From Eledone cirrhosa (Eukaryota), in contig OZ024758.1 in assembly GCA_964016885.1 (NCBI GenBank), positions 24,614,001 to 24,678,000 of the forward strand: 64,000 nucleotides of DNA. Direction: 5' to 3'. A model generated the notes under the pieces. That model had not been told where the DNA came from and did not search any database. It saw nothing but the letters and a program-made list of their open reading frames with translations. A program made the translations under genes and the position numbers. Positions 26,994 through 41,034 of the stretch are shown one piece after another; the stretch's first letter is position 1, and every line of letters begins with the position of its first letter.

Positions 26994-28228
26994 TAATGAA
27001 ACAGTGGGATGTTAAAACATCTTCCAACATGTATTTTGTTTCATTATCTTCTTCTTCTTCTCCTTCCACTTATTCCTGAGAGGGTCGTGAGGACAGAGTC
27101 ATCACACACTCCTTCCAGCGGGTCCTATCAGAATCAACCATCTCCAACTGATCCAGCTGGATCCCCCAAGCGTTACCAGCTAAGCTCATGGATGTTATTC
27201 AACCATCTTGCTTGGGGTTTACCCCTTGGTCTCCTGCCGGTTGGTTTTTGCCTATAAAAATCTGACCAGCAATTCTGTCATGAGACATTCTAACCACATG
27301 TCCACAGTACCGGGGCTGTGATCTCTCAATTAAAATTGTGTTTATACAAGTAAACTAATAATTGTTTCTACTTTTGGCACAAGGCCAGCAATTACCCAGT
27401 GTATTACTGGTACTTTATTTTATCGACCCCATAAGGATGAAAGGCAAAGTTAACCTCGGCGGGATTTGAACTCAGAATGGCAAGGGCCATAACTTTATGC
27501 GTCAAAGCAAAGCATGGCGTCCGACCCTCTACCGATACTGCCAATCCACTGCCCTTAAACTAATAATTGTTTCTACTTTAGGCACAAGGCCAGCAAATAC
27601 CCAGTACATTACTGGTACTTTATTTTAAACTAATAATGATGATAGACACGGGGCTAGCAACAGAGATGTTAAGGGGGGGGGGGGGGGGGGGCTATTGAAT
27701 ATATAGTTAGGGGTCTAATAGTTAATTAGTCATCATAGTGTGGTAAACTAGTAAAAATGAGCAGCAAGTTGGGAGAACCTACAAGGGTCGGCTGAAAAGT
27801 TCATAGACTGACTATGAAGGAGGGATCAGTCAGATGACCTTTCAGAGGCTGTAATCTAGATTAATGTAGTTGTTTCTACTTTAGGCACAAGGCCAGCAAT
27901 TTGAAAGGGAGGGGGCAAAGTTGATTAAATCAACCCCCCCAGTACATTACTGGTGCTTTATTTTATCAATCCCGTAAAGATGAAAGGCAAAGCTAAACTC
28001 TGGGATTTGAAACCAGAATGCAAAGGGCCGTAACTCTATGCCACGAAGCATGTTGTCCAGCACTCAACCGATATTGCCAATCCACCACCTTAATAAATAC
28101 TAGTAATATGTTTGATTTTTGAGGCTATCTAATCCTTTTTATCATTTTACATTGAACTGTTTCTTGTTAGTTGATTGATTTTATCACCTTCATATACTAA
28201 TATTGATCTTTCAATCCTGTTATCTTAG

Positions 28229-28329
28229 GTTCAGACGTCACTCTCAATCTTCAGAAAATGATGGATCAAAAGGATGCAGCAGTGAATGCCCTCACTTCTG
28301 GTATTGCACAACTTTTCAAAAAAAATAAG
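28229..28329 (+). CDS. DLD: DLD exon 5
   Basis: [33 protein letters not shown]. Confidence 0.95.
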
Positions 28330-30080
28330 GTCAGTTAACACCAATCATCATCACCATCATCATTTAATGTCCATAGCACCAAAGCCTAGTGATAGTCTTA
28401 AGACTAAGATTTAACAGTTCAATACCTAGTCACAATCATACTACAGTGCCAATAAGTGTATCATCATCATCACCATCATCATTTAATGTCCATAGCACCA
28501 AAGTCTTAAGACTAAGATTTAACAGTTCAATACCTAGTCACAATCATACTACAGTGCCAATAAGTGTATCATCATCATCATCATCATTTAATGTCCATAG
28601 CATCAAAGCCTAGTGATAGTCTTAAGACTAACAGTTCAATACCTAGTTACAAAGACATACTACAGTGCCAATAACAGTGTATCATCATCATCACTAATGT
28701 TCATTTTCATCATTAATGTTCATTTTCCACACTAGCACACGGGTTGTCCTGTTGTGAGACAAGTCAGATCATATGACTGTGTCTTGCTCACACAGAACCG
28801 TTTCTAGCTTGGTTCTTGGTTTCTACAACTGGATGCCCTTCTTAATACCAACCATTTACAATCAGTATTAAAAAAGGATAATTAGAATTATCAATTGGAT
28901 AGTTATAATGCTTAGCAGTGATAATGATAAAATCATGTCAAAAGTAATTGATTTTCTCTTTAGAGCTTAGAAGAAGATTTACAACCATTCCCAAGTATTG
29001 ATCCCTTCAAGGCCTAATTGTGTCTTAGCAGGGAAAGTGGACATTAAAAGACAATGATGAGAACATTTATCTTATCTGAGATGGTATACATCCTTCAGTT
29101 AATGGTATCCAAGCTCCAGTCAAAAGAAAACTGTCCGTTACTAAACCTTTTTTTAGTGAAAATCTGTGATCGTTGTTGTGTAACTATTTTGTTACCAATG
29201 GAGGCACATGGCTTAGTGGTTAGAGCATTGGCCTTGCAATCGAAATGTTGTAAGTTCAATTCTCAGACCGAGTGATGTGTTGTTTCCTTGAGCAAGACAC
29301 TTTATTTCACATTGCTCCAGTTTACTCAGCTGTAGAAATGAGATGATAGGGACTGGGGTCCCTATTATTCCACTGCAAGGTGGTGATGGAGGTGGCACAG
29401 CAAAAAAGCACCCAGCACTCACTGTAAAGTGGACGTGTAGGTGCCACAGAAAAAAAAAGTACCCAGCACTCGCTGTAAATGAGGTTGGTGTTAGGAAGGG
29501 CATCCAGCTGTAGAAATCAAGCCAGAATCAGTTCCTGTCCCACCCTTGCAAGCAGGAAAAAAGCAGACGTAAAATGATGATGATGATCTCTAATGAAATA
29601 CAACCTTGCTAGCTGGGAAAATGGTTGTTAAATGATGATGACTCTATTTCAATTAATTATGAATTACTAAGATAGCACTTATGATATAAGATATGTTCTT
29701 ATATTAAACTATGTTATGAGATGTAATTTAAATAGAAAACCTTTAAAATGGGTGGTGTTTTTTCATAGAACCAGAGCCAGTTTTGGCTGAGTTGGTAACA
29801 AAGGGGTTAATGATAAAGGTGCCAGGAAATCCCAGTGGAAGGAAGCTGTGGTAGAGGTAGACAAAGGACAACCTTTTAAAATGGGTGGTATTTTTTTCAT
29901 AGAACCAGAGCTGATTTTGGCCTGGTTGATATCAAAAGGGTTTTAAATAAATACGGTCCCTTTAAAATGAGTGGTATGTTTCCTAGAACCAGAGGTTTGA
30001 GGGCAGGTTGGTAACAAAAGGGTTAAATCTTTTTCATGTCAGTTAACATAAATAAATATCTGAGTGTATTTTGTTTCTAG

Positions 30081-30224
30081 GTGACACGTATTTCGGGCCA
30101 TGGTACCATCACAGGAGTCAATGAAGTCACTGTACTGAAAGAAGACGGATCACAAGAAAAGATCTCTGCTAAAAACATACTTATAGCTACTGGTTCAGAA
30201 GTCACTCCATTTCCGGGTATACCA
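30081..30224 (+). CDS. DLD: DLD exon 6
   Basis: VTRISGHGTITGVNEVTVLKEDGSQEKISAKNILIATGSEVTPFPGIP. Confidence 0.95.
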
Positions 30225-30794
30225 GTAAGTTATTTTCTACTTCTAAATTATTTAGCCAAAGTGGTGTGCAAGAGAGAAGACTGCATTGGTACAGACATGT
30301 GATGTTTGTAGATGATGATTGGTGGGTGAAGAGGTGCCAGCAAATCCCAGTGGAAGGAAGCTGTGGTAGAGGTAGAGAAAGGACAACCTGAGCAAAGGTG
30401 GTGAGAGTTGATCTCTTTTCACTGAGACTCACAGAGAAGATGAAGGAGTGCAGCATGTGGAGAGATGCTGGGCTGAAAAGGATCTGTCCAACCTATGCAA
30501 GCATGGAAAATCGGACATAAAACAACGAAAACGATGTGTTTGTGTGTGTGTGTCTAATTATCCATTAATTAATAGGGTTTTGCAGATGGTACAGATATAA
30601 AAAAGAGGGTAGATGAATCATTCATATTTCTAAATTCAAATCTCTCTTGAACTGACTTTGCTTCTTAATAAATCTCAATAGAACAGATATTAGCAGTAAA
30701 GTTTTGAGTTTAATAACTTGCTTAACCCCTTAGCATTTACATTATATTTACTATTGTATTTTCACAGAAAAGGCTTTACCTTACATAATTAATA

Positions 30795-31320
30795 AAAAAT
30801 AATGAAATTATTGTGTACAGTGCTCAGGTGCACTACAACTCATCAAAGGTGCATGTATAGTACATAGAATAATGTACAAATGTCAGGAAAATGAACAGTG
30901 TATGAGTCATGATATAATAATAACAATAATGAAATATTGTGTACAGTGCCCAGGTGCACCACAACTCATCAAAAAAAAAAAAAAAGTGCATGTACAGTAC
31001 ATAGGGCAATGCACAAACATCAGCAAAATGAACAGTGCACGAGTCATGATACACACATGTGTGTATGTGTATGGAAGGGGTACATCAGGTGTAGTTTTGG
31101 CGTATTTCGGGAAGCATGAGTGTCTTAAAGGATGCAGTGTCTCGGCAGCTAACAATTGACGCGGGTAGTTTGTTCCATGCTTCAGCAACTCTGAGCGTGA
31201 AAAAATGTCTACGAAAGTCATGGGAGCTGTGCTGTTTTCTGATCTTGTAGGCATGTCCACGTGTGTTAGACACATGGAGATCAAAGAGGCGCTCAGGGTT
31301 GCAATTGGCGAGATGGTTAA
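30795..31320 (-). mobile_element. CR1/L2-group LINE 3' fragment with duplicated 3' tail
   Basis: SNTRGHAYKIRKQHSSHDFRRHFFTLRVAEAWNKLP; tail GTGCACCTGAGCACTGTACACAATAATTTC(ATT)n; other pieces at 270-480(-), 2885-2980, 3180-3300, 62521-63090(-). Confidence 0.85.
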
Positions 31321-32595
31321 AAAAATTATCTCATATAATATCGAATCTATGAGATTTTGATATTATTTATATTGATAATAATTGTTTCTACTTTAGGCAC
31401 AAGGCCAGCAATTACCCAGTGCATTACTGGTACTTTATTTTATCGACCCTGTAAGGATGAAAGGCAAAGTTAACCTCGGCGGGATTTGAACTCAGATCGT
31501 AAAGGGACGTAACTATGCTGCAAAGCATGGTGTCCGACCCTCTACTGATACTGCCAATCCACATCAGTATGAGCAGCCGGTTACGACAGGTTTGAACAGA
31601 ACGAGGTGAGAGAATTCTGGCTGGATACATCTGGTTTAAATGCTAAAGGGTTAAGGACACAGCAACATTGAAATAATATAAATGAACAGTTTTAGAGAAA
31701 AGTGTTTTTAATTTATCTGCTGAATCATTTTGAATTAATAATTTTGTAAAGCTTTATTCCCCCCTTTTTTTATGGAGCTGAAAGATGTTTGCTATTGTTT
31801 TGTTGTTCTAGTACTGCTGGATTATACATATAGCATAGAAGAACTTTATTAGATTCTTTAGAGTACATCCAGAGATTGTTATGCTGCAATCTCATTGAGA
31901 GTATAAGACAAGCATACTGGCTTGGGTTGAACTTCATTGGTTAGACAATGTTATATCCATTTGGTATTAGGAAGGGCATCCAGCCGTAGAAAACCTGCCA
32001 GATAGTCCTATATGAGCGAGACACGGTCACCCGACCAACCTTGCCTCAAGTGGAACAACTCCTGTCTAACCCATGCTAGCGTGGAAGATGATGATGATTT
32101 CATCTATATTATGAACACTCCTTTCTAAGATGTTTGATTTAACCCTTTAGTATTTAAACCGGCCATATCCTGCCAGAATTCCCTCACCTCTGTCTGTTCA
32201 AACTGGCTGTTCATACTGATGTTAAGGCATTGTTCTCAAAATAAATAATATCGATATTATGTGAGGTAAAGCCTTTACTGTGAAAATACAATAGTAAATA
32301 TAGAGTAATGTAAATGCTAAAGGGCTAAACATGTGATCATTAGAATTAGAAGGTTAGTGAGTATGTTTAGTTAATCTCCAATGATTCTATTATATTTACT
32401 CCTACATTAATGGAATCTTCAACTCAGAATTAAATGGCTGCACCTTACCTCCATTCAAACTCACAAATTGCAACTTTTTATTGTTAACTGCACTCTGTTA
32501 TTTTTTGTTAACTGCACTCTGTTATTTTTTGTTAACTACACTCTGTTATTTCTTGTTATTGGTGAAGGTAATGTTTATATATATTTCTTTTAAAG

Positions 32596-32697
32596 GTAAA
32601 TGAAAAGAATGTAGTGTCTTCAACAGGAGCATTGCGTTTACAAGAAGTTCCTAAAGAGATGATAATCATTGGTGCTGGTGTCATTGGTGTAGAATTG
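32596..32697 (+). CDS. DLD: DLD exon 7
   Basis: [34 protein letters not shown]. Confidence 0.95.
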
Positions 32698-32937
32698 GTA
32701 AGAGAACTTATGAAATAATTTGGAACAATGAATGTGTAAAAATGTTGTAAAATAGCCAGTTGCTATGATGATCATATCAACGTGTGGGGTTAAAATATAA
32801 CCTCTTATGAATGGAAGAACGTTCTTCCATTCATAAGAGGTTATATTTTAACCTGACTCCTTGCTATGATAAAAATAACAGCTAGCTGTTTTACATTTAT
32901 TTCTGTGTTTGATATTCCTACAATTTTATGATATATA

Positions 32938-33171
32938 TTTAGTACAGTCAAAAGCTTTCACTGTATTTTTTGACGAAAGAAATTAGCCTGATAGTGGGGC
33001 TTAATTCCCTCTAAATGGAAAGGGACGAACATTGACATATAACCAAATATGGGGGTTCGACTCCCATGTATGTCAATACTCATCCTTTTCCATTTTTTAG
33101 AGGGTTTTAAACCCCACTATCAGACTGATTTCTTTAGTCAAAAATACGGCAAAAGCTTCTAACTCTACTAA
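32938..33171. mobile_element. Imperfect fold-back element (MITE-like), arms of about 110 bp
   Basis: TTTAGTACAGTCAAAAGCTTT...CCTGATAGTGGGG...TTGACATA / TATGTCAA...CCCCACTATCAG...AAAAGCTTCTAACTCTACTAAA. Confidence 0.7.
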
Positions 33172-33408
33172 ATTTCAAACTTCGCTTGCTGTCTTCAAAA
33201 CAAACGCTTGCTTTGTCATAAAATTCCATTATAACGAATACTATTATAACAAATTTTTCAGTATAACAATTTTTTTCAATCCCTGAAGTAATAACAAAGT
33301 TACGCTTGATTTGTTTCGATTGATCTTGTTATAAAGAATTTTTCGTTACAACAAATCTTATTTTATACCCTGTGAGTTTCGTTCTGACGGAATTCCACTG
33401 TGCGTATG

Positions 33409-33449
<41 letters not shown>

Positions 33450-33453
<4 letters not shown>

Positions 33454-34030
33454 TAGCAGAATGGCCCGGCGTTGCTCGGGATTTGCTCTAGTGTTCTTAT
33501 ATATTTGATATATATTTATCTTTATCGAGCCTCGTGAAATAAATACGTTTGTTTATATTTTGTAATTGTGTATGCAAAAATATCTGTACACATATATATA
33601 TATATATATCATCATCATCATCATCATCATTTCATTTTACGTCCGCTTTTTCCCTGCTTGCAAGGGTGGGACAGGAACTGATTCTGGCTTGATTGCTACA
33701 GCTGGATACCCTTCCTAACACCAACCTCATTTACAGTGAGTGCTGGGTGCTTTTTTTTTTTGCCGTGGCCCCTCCACGACCATTTTGCAGTGGAATGATA
33801 GGGACCCCAGTCCCTATCATCTCATTTCTACAGCTGAGTAAACTGGAGCAATTAGAAATAAAGTGTCTTGCTCAAGGAAACATCACATCACCCATATATA
33901 TATTAAAATAACAGATTAAAGTTTAAGCAAAGAATCGCTGCTTTCACCCTTAACGGGATCTTCTGAAACTAACAAAGTCAATCTGTGAACACAGAAGTGA
34001 ATATTTTGAAAAACGTTACACACTATATAT

Positions 34031-34076
<46 letters not shown>

Positions 34077-34327
34077 CGACGTCATAATGTCGTAATGCAG
34101 ACAGACAGATATTATAAGGGCGCAACGTTATATCTATGTATCTATCTAAAAAGAAAGACTAAGAATTATAGAGAGAGATCGCTAAATCGCCTAATGCCGT
34201 CCCTAGGGCACTGAAAACACTCACAGGACCATAAGTATTACATGTGTAAAGTTTGAAAACAATCGGTTGGGTGGTTCTCGAGTTTTAGGTAGTCAGACAG
34301 GCAGACATTCTCTGTTTTAGATATATA
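33450..34327 (+). mobile_element. Non-autonomous Helitron/Helentron-like element with nested insertions
   Basis: (TA)n-ACTAGCAGAATGGCCCGGCGTTGCTCGGG hairpin start, and AAAGTTTGAAAACAATCGGTTG...CAGACAGGCAGACATTCTC...TATATA end, as in Lep1/HINE-type elements. Confidence 0.55.
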
Positions 34328-34417
34328 TTTTTTTTTGCATTGACACCTAATCATTCTATGTATATATGTGTATTTGTGTTTAAACTGGTGTTTTGTTTTG
34401 TCCCTTTATGTTCCCAG

Positions 34418-34642
34418 GGATCAGTATGGTCACGACTTGGATCTCAAGTCACACTAGTAGAATTTATGGGTCATATTGGTGGTCTTGGAATAGATATGGA
34501 AGTCTCTAAAAACATTCAAAGAATCTTTCAGAAGCAAGGTTTGAAGTTCCGTTTGAGCACTAAGGTGATGGGTGCTACAGAAGAAAGTGATGGAAAAATT
34601 TCAGTAGCATTAGAAGCTGTTAAAGATGGAAAATCTGACCAG
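34418..34642 (+). CDS. DLD: DLD exon 8
   Basis: [31 protein letters not shown]...KDGKSDQ. Confidence 0.95.
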
Positions 34643-35340
34643 GTAAACATTCTTTGCTTCTGTTCTTGTTTAGTCCCAGGTCAGGCTTTTGATCAAAGCC
34701 ATTTCAGATATGACCATCCTATTCCATCTTTTTTGTATATCAGAGAGTACTTTGTCATCAAAATTATACATAATTCATACCCCTTCTTTCATTGTAGCTT
34801 ATCTAACTTTACCTTTTGTTAGGTATAACTGGTATACACGGATTGGCAGTATCGGTAGAGGGTCGGACGCAATGCTTTGCAGCAAAGAGTTACGGCCCTT
34901 TATGGTCTGAGTTCAAATCCCGCCGAAGTTAACTTTGCCTTTCATCCTTACGGGGTCGATAAAATAAAGTACCAGTAATACACTGGTATAATTGCTGGCC
35001 TTGTGCCAAAAGTAGAAACAATTATTACTTTACTGGTATATGCAGAGTACAATCTTGATTATTTTGTAAACACCAGATAAATAATGGAAAAGTTAGTTAT
35101 ATTGTAAAATATTTGAAAATAATAGGCAGAGTTGAGTCTCTCATTAGAAATATGGTAGCTGAAGTGTTAAGCACGCTTGTAGCACAGATATCTGAATGTT
35201 TAGTTCTAAACTGTAATTTGAACACACCATATATCGTGCTCAGAGATATAATTTTCTCATTTTTCATGAAATATTCTGTTGTTTTAGATATGCACTATGA
35301 CAGTTCAGGTATATTAACATATCCAAATACTTTATTTCAG

Positions 35341-35477
35341 CTGTCTTGTGATGTGCTTTTGGTGTGTGTTGGACGACGACCTTTTACCAACAATCTAGGC
35401 TTAGAAAATTTTGGTATCCAGTTAGACAACCGAGGGCGAATTCCCATTAACAGCAGATTCCAAACATCTGTTCCTAA
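35341..35477 (+). CDS. DLD: DLD exon 9
   Basis: [45 protein letters not shown]. Confidence 0.95.
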
Positions 35478-36039
35478 GTAACTCTTTTTCTCCTCTCATA
35501 CTAATATATAGGCGCTTGGCTGAGTGGTTAGAGAATTGGATTCGCAATCGTGAGGTTGTGATTTTGATTCTCAGACCAGGCGATGCGTTATGTCCTTGAG
35601 CAAGACACTTTATTTCACGTTGCTCCTTCTGCCTGGATTTGCAACCGACAGATAGTATTAGCAATTAGAAAGACCAATGGAAACATTGTTTCCTCAGTCC
35701 GATTTAACGAACTCCACCCCACTCGTTAAGCGAATGAGGTCTGGTATTTTGTCGATATTAGTATCGGTAGAGGGTTGGACGCCATGCTTTCTAGCATAGT
35801 TACGTCCCTTTACAGTCTGAGTTCAAATCCCGCCGAGGTTAACTTTGCCTTTCATCCTTACGGGGTCGATAAAATAAAGTACCAGTAATGTACTGGGTAA
35901 TTGCTGGCCTTGTGCCAAATGTAGAAACAATATGTATATAATGCAGTATATTACTTAATCTTGATATTGTGAAATTTAAATAAAAATAACCTTTTTTTTA
36001 AATGTTATTCTTTAAAGATCCTCTGTTATCTTTATTCAG

Positions 36040-36101
36040 TATATATGCTATTGGTGATGTTGTCCAGGGCCCCATGTTAGCTCATAAAGCAGAAGATGAA
36101 G
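36040..36101 (+). CDS. DLD: DLD exon 10
   Basis: IYAIGDVVQGPMLAHKAEDE. Confidence 0.95.
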
Positions 36102-37072
36102 GTAAGATGATTTATTACCATTATTTTCAGGGCGGTGGATTGGCAGTATCGGTAGAGGGTCGGATGCCATGCTAGGGTGGTGGATTGGCAGTATCGGTAG
36201 AGGGTCGGATGCCATGCTAGGGTGGTGGATTGGCAGTATCGGTAGAGGGTCGGACGCCATGCTTTCCAGCATAGTTACGTCCCTTTACGATCTGAGTTCA
36301 AATCCCGCCGAGGTTGACTTTGCCTTTCATCCTTACGGGGTCGATAAAATAAAGTACCAGTAATGCACTGGTTAATTGCTGGCCTTGTGCCTAAAGTAGA
36401 AACAATTATTTTCATTAATTTGCATCAACTTCTGTTGTTATAGCCCTCATGGTCTACCTTAGAACCTACCAGTCTTACTAACTCCTGCATCTATCTCCCC
36501 CTTTACAGACTTAAGGGCCAAAAATGACAATCAAAATGTATCCCTAAATACTCAAATATAAGCCGACCCCCACTATTTTATGTCTGAGAAATGGGCAAAA
36601 ATCTAAACCTTATTTATGTAGAATTTGGAGTTGGTGAAAATTGTCAAAATATTGACCCTGAATATAAGCCGACCTCATTGATTTTTTTTTTTTTTTTTTT
36701 TTTTTTTTCTGGGTCACATATTCCTCGACTTATTTTCGAGTATTTAAGCCTTCCTCCTTCTACCATTTATTTGGTGATTCTGTGAGAATAAACTTTTCAG
36801 CTGACCCTCGTATGAGGTTCTGTTGGAGTTAGAGAAAGAAAACTGTATAAATAACACAGCTAAATTCTCTCAGCCTCTAGTAGTGTAGAAGTTAACAATG
36901 GTAGTGACTTTTCTAAAATAATAGTACTAGCTTCTTCTGCTTGTTTTAACAAGAACGCAGTAGTTCCTGCTATGATATAAAGCAACATAAAGTCATTAAT
37001 TCATATATTTCTTAACATCTGATTAAAGCCATTAATGTACTTATCTTTTTACTGTTAACTTTTCTATTACAG

Positions 37073-37200
37073 GTGTAATCTGTGTTGAAGGTATTGCTGG
37101 TGGAGCTGTCCATATAGACTACAATTGTATGCCCTCTGTTGTATACACTCACCCAGAGGTAGCGTGGATTGGCAAAACAGAAGAACAGTTGAAAGAAGAG
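37073..37200 (+). CDS. DLD: DLD exon 11
   Basis: [42 protein letters not shown]. Confidence 0.95.
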
Positions 37201-38308
37201 GTCAGTAAAACATATGTTGTATACTCTACAGTTGGTTTCTTTCTAATTTGTTTGGACTCCACAGTTGTGTGGTCAAGGATTGTTTCATCATCATCATCAT
37301 CATCATCATTTAACGTCTGCTTTCTCTGCTAGCAAGGGTTGGACGGGTCTACATAGACCAAGTCAGTACTGAAGCAGGGCTACTGACTTTCCAGATAGGC
37401 TAGGGGTCAGTTATCTTGCTTACATCAAGTTCTGAGTGCAAGAGGTTGTTATATCTTTGACACAATTGAAGGGTCCTTCCAATCCTTTGTTTGGCAAACT
37501 TTCTAAGGCTGGATGCCCTTCCTACCACCAACCACATTACAGCATGTACTGAGTGCGTTTGTGTAAATCACCAACACTAGAGAAGTTGTACCATGGCGTG
37601 ACTGAAGGGTCCTCTCGATACCCAACCTATTTTTTCCCAAGGAGATATATATATTTTCAATAAATGATTCAACTTATTAAAATATGGTTTATCCACAGTC
37701 AAATATGAACAACAGAGACCAGACAAGATGGCGTAAATATCTAGACTGACTTCCTAAGTTCTAGGTGGTGGGGATAACTGTAAATTACTCAGATGGCTCT
37801 TGAAAGAGCTGATCAAATATTCTATACTCCATATAGTTGATGTTGACCTATAAAACTATATCTGCTTGGTCCAAAGACAAAGCTTTTTGTGTGTAAGAGA
37901 GATAGATTTCCTTTTCTGTTGTTTTCCTTTGTGTTTGAATATTTCATTTTAATCATCATCATCATCATCAGGTTTAGCGTCCGTGTTCCACGCTTGCATG
38001 GGTTTGGACGGGGGTTTTCCCACTTGAGGCAAGAGTGGTTGTCTTGCTCGCATAGGACTGTCTGGCGGGTTTTCTACAGTTGGATGCCCTTCCTAACACC
38101 AACCACATTTACAGTGTGGGGCTGGGAGGTTTTTACCGTGTTGCCTACACGGCCACATTACAGCGTGGACTGTCTGGCGGGTTTTCTACAGCTGGATGCC
38201 CTTCCTAACACCAACCACATTTACAGTGTGGGGCTGGGAGGTTTTTACCGTGTTGCCTACACGGCCACATTACAGCGTGGACTTTAATGTTTATAAATAT
38301 GATTTTAG

Positions 38309-38545
<237 letters not shown>

Positions 38546-39163
38546 TGATTTAGGCACAAGGCCAACAATTTTGGGGGGAAGGGAAATTTGATTAAATCGA
38601 CCCCAGTTCATTACTGGTACTTTATTTTATCGACCCTGTAATGGAGGGATGAAAGGTAAAGCTAACCTCGGCTGGATTTGAACTCAGCATGTAAAGGGCC
38701 GTAACTATATGCCGCAAAGCATTTTATCCAACGCTCTACAGATTCTGCTAATCCACAACCCTTCTGTTTGTGTTTTTTAAGCCCCAGACCAGCTCTGCTT
38801 GAGCAGATATATGATCAAAGACATTCCAGCTAACCATCTCATCTTATTTTTAAACATTTTATGAAACTCCAGCCAAGTTCACAGAAGAAAAATATAGTAA
38901 TTTTTTTTTTTTTTGTGGAGTTACTAAGTCTCAAAATTTGGAGCTAAATAATCCTGTAAGTTCTTTGTAGCTCCCATCCCTGTGGGAAAAGGAAATGGTT
39001 TGAAAATTCTACATAAAACACATTTTTTTTTCCTGGTTTATGATCTATTTTGCTGGTATCCTGGCCCTAAATCAGAACCAAACATAGGTCAACATAAATT
39101 AGCTATTCTCTATTTCCTAAAACATTTGTAGCTTTATGTTAATATAAATATTGTCTCCTTTAG

Positions 39164-39310
<147 letters not shown>

Positions 39311-40968
39311 TAGCTGGTATACCCCACCACCACCAACAGTTGTGGTGTTCAACTAATGACCTCATAAAAATGGCTATAATCCTTAACCTTTTTAGCATTT
39401 AAACCGGCCATATCTGGCCAGAATTCTGTCAGCTCTTTCTGTTCTGCCCATACTTATGTTAAGTTTTTGTTCTCAAAATAGATATTAAAATCTTGCAGAT
39501 TTGATATTATGTGAGATAAAGCCATTATAGTGAAAATATAATAGTAAATATAGAGTAATGTAAATACTAAAGGGTTAAATAGCCATTCAGTTTATATTTT
39601 AGCATTTTTAGATAAAAATTTGTTTCACTTTGTTTAGTCTTCTGGGGTATATTGGGCAAAGAGTCTTCTCCAATTTACATGATAAGCTGCGACACCTTAC
39701 GTAGTTTCCCAGTCCAATCTTCTGGAGATTTTCTTTGAAAGTTTAGCATCAAGTTTTCTTGGGTCTTCCTTGTTTCCGCTTACCACCAACTGGGATCCAT
39801 CTCATTGCTACAGAGGGGTTCCACTACTCAGACATATGCGCAGAATGTGTTCAGCCAGTTTCAGTTGCCATTCAGCGATGGTGTCAGTCAGTAGCCTCTG
39901 TTTACTTCTCTTCAGCACCTCTACATTAATAATCCAGTTTTGATAAGTGACTTTCAGCATTTTTTTTAGACATCCTTATTGGAAAACATTGTAAGTTACA
40001 TTCAGGGAGCTACTGCCACTGCTAGCTGCAAAAGGCTTTTCCTTCAAAATGAAAGGCAGACTGTATGATGCGTGCATATGAACAGCAATGTTACATGGTA
40101 GTGAGACCTGGGCGTTGTGTGTAGAAGACGTGCGTACATTAGAAAGAAACGAAGCTTGCATGCTCCTATGGATGTCTAATAGTAATATACGTGAACAGCA
40201 AAGCATAAACGAATTGAGAGAGAGACTGAGCATAAGAGGAGGTTGCATTGGTATGGACATGTGATGTGTATGAAGGATGACATGCATAAAAAGGTGCAGA
40301 ACACTAAAAGTTGATGGAGACCCAAGTAGACCTGGGATGAGGTGATAAAAGCCAACCTTACCCAATTGCACCTCTTAAAAGCGATGACACAGGACTGTGA
40401 CCTCTGGCGTCACGCAGTAATACAGAAGACCCGACTTTCCACAGGTTCAAGCTGAAGCTGAAGCATATAGACAATATGCCCCCACTCCCTCCCACTGCAA
40501 AAATGCACCCAGCCCACACTGTAAAGTGGTCGTGTAGGCGCCATGGAAAAAAAGCACCCAGTACTCACTGTAAATGAGGTTGGTGTTAGGAAGGGCTTCC
40601 AGCTGTAGAAATCAAGCCAAAATCAGTTCCCGTATGAGCAAGACAAGGTCAGCCGACTGGGCACTCCACACAACAGGACAACCCGTCTAACCCATGTTAG
40701 CGTGGAAGAATGGACGTAAAACGGTGATGATGATTGACATGGTTGTTTACATTATATTGTGGTAAGAAACTCTCAGGTGAGCTGAACAGCAGAAGGTCTT
40801 CAGAGAAGAAACCCCACTCAAGCGAGTGTTTTGGCCCTTACAAAGGGGAACCTTAAATTACTGAATGAATTATGAATACTTAACTGTTTACATTATATTG
40901 ACATGGTTGTTTATATTATATTAACTTAATGAAGCTCTATGTAATATTTATTTTTATTTCTCTTCCAG

Positions 40969-41034
40969 ACGGTGGCAGAAGCCTTCAGAGAAGCTAATTT
41001 GGCAGCTTCTTCTGGGAAAGCAATCAACTTTTGA
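40969..41034 (+). CDS. DLD: DLD exon 14 (stop)
   Basis: TVAEAFREANLAASSGKAINF*. Confidence 0.95.
   Translation, partial: TVAEAFREANLAASSGKAINF

Noticed and set aside
33050-33066. tRNA T-arm-like GGTTCGACTCCC
   Set aside because: It is the apex of a fold-back element; no other tRNA arms are present
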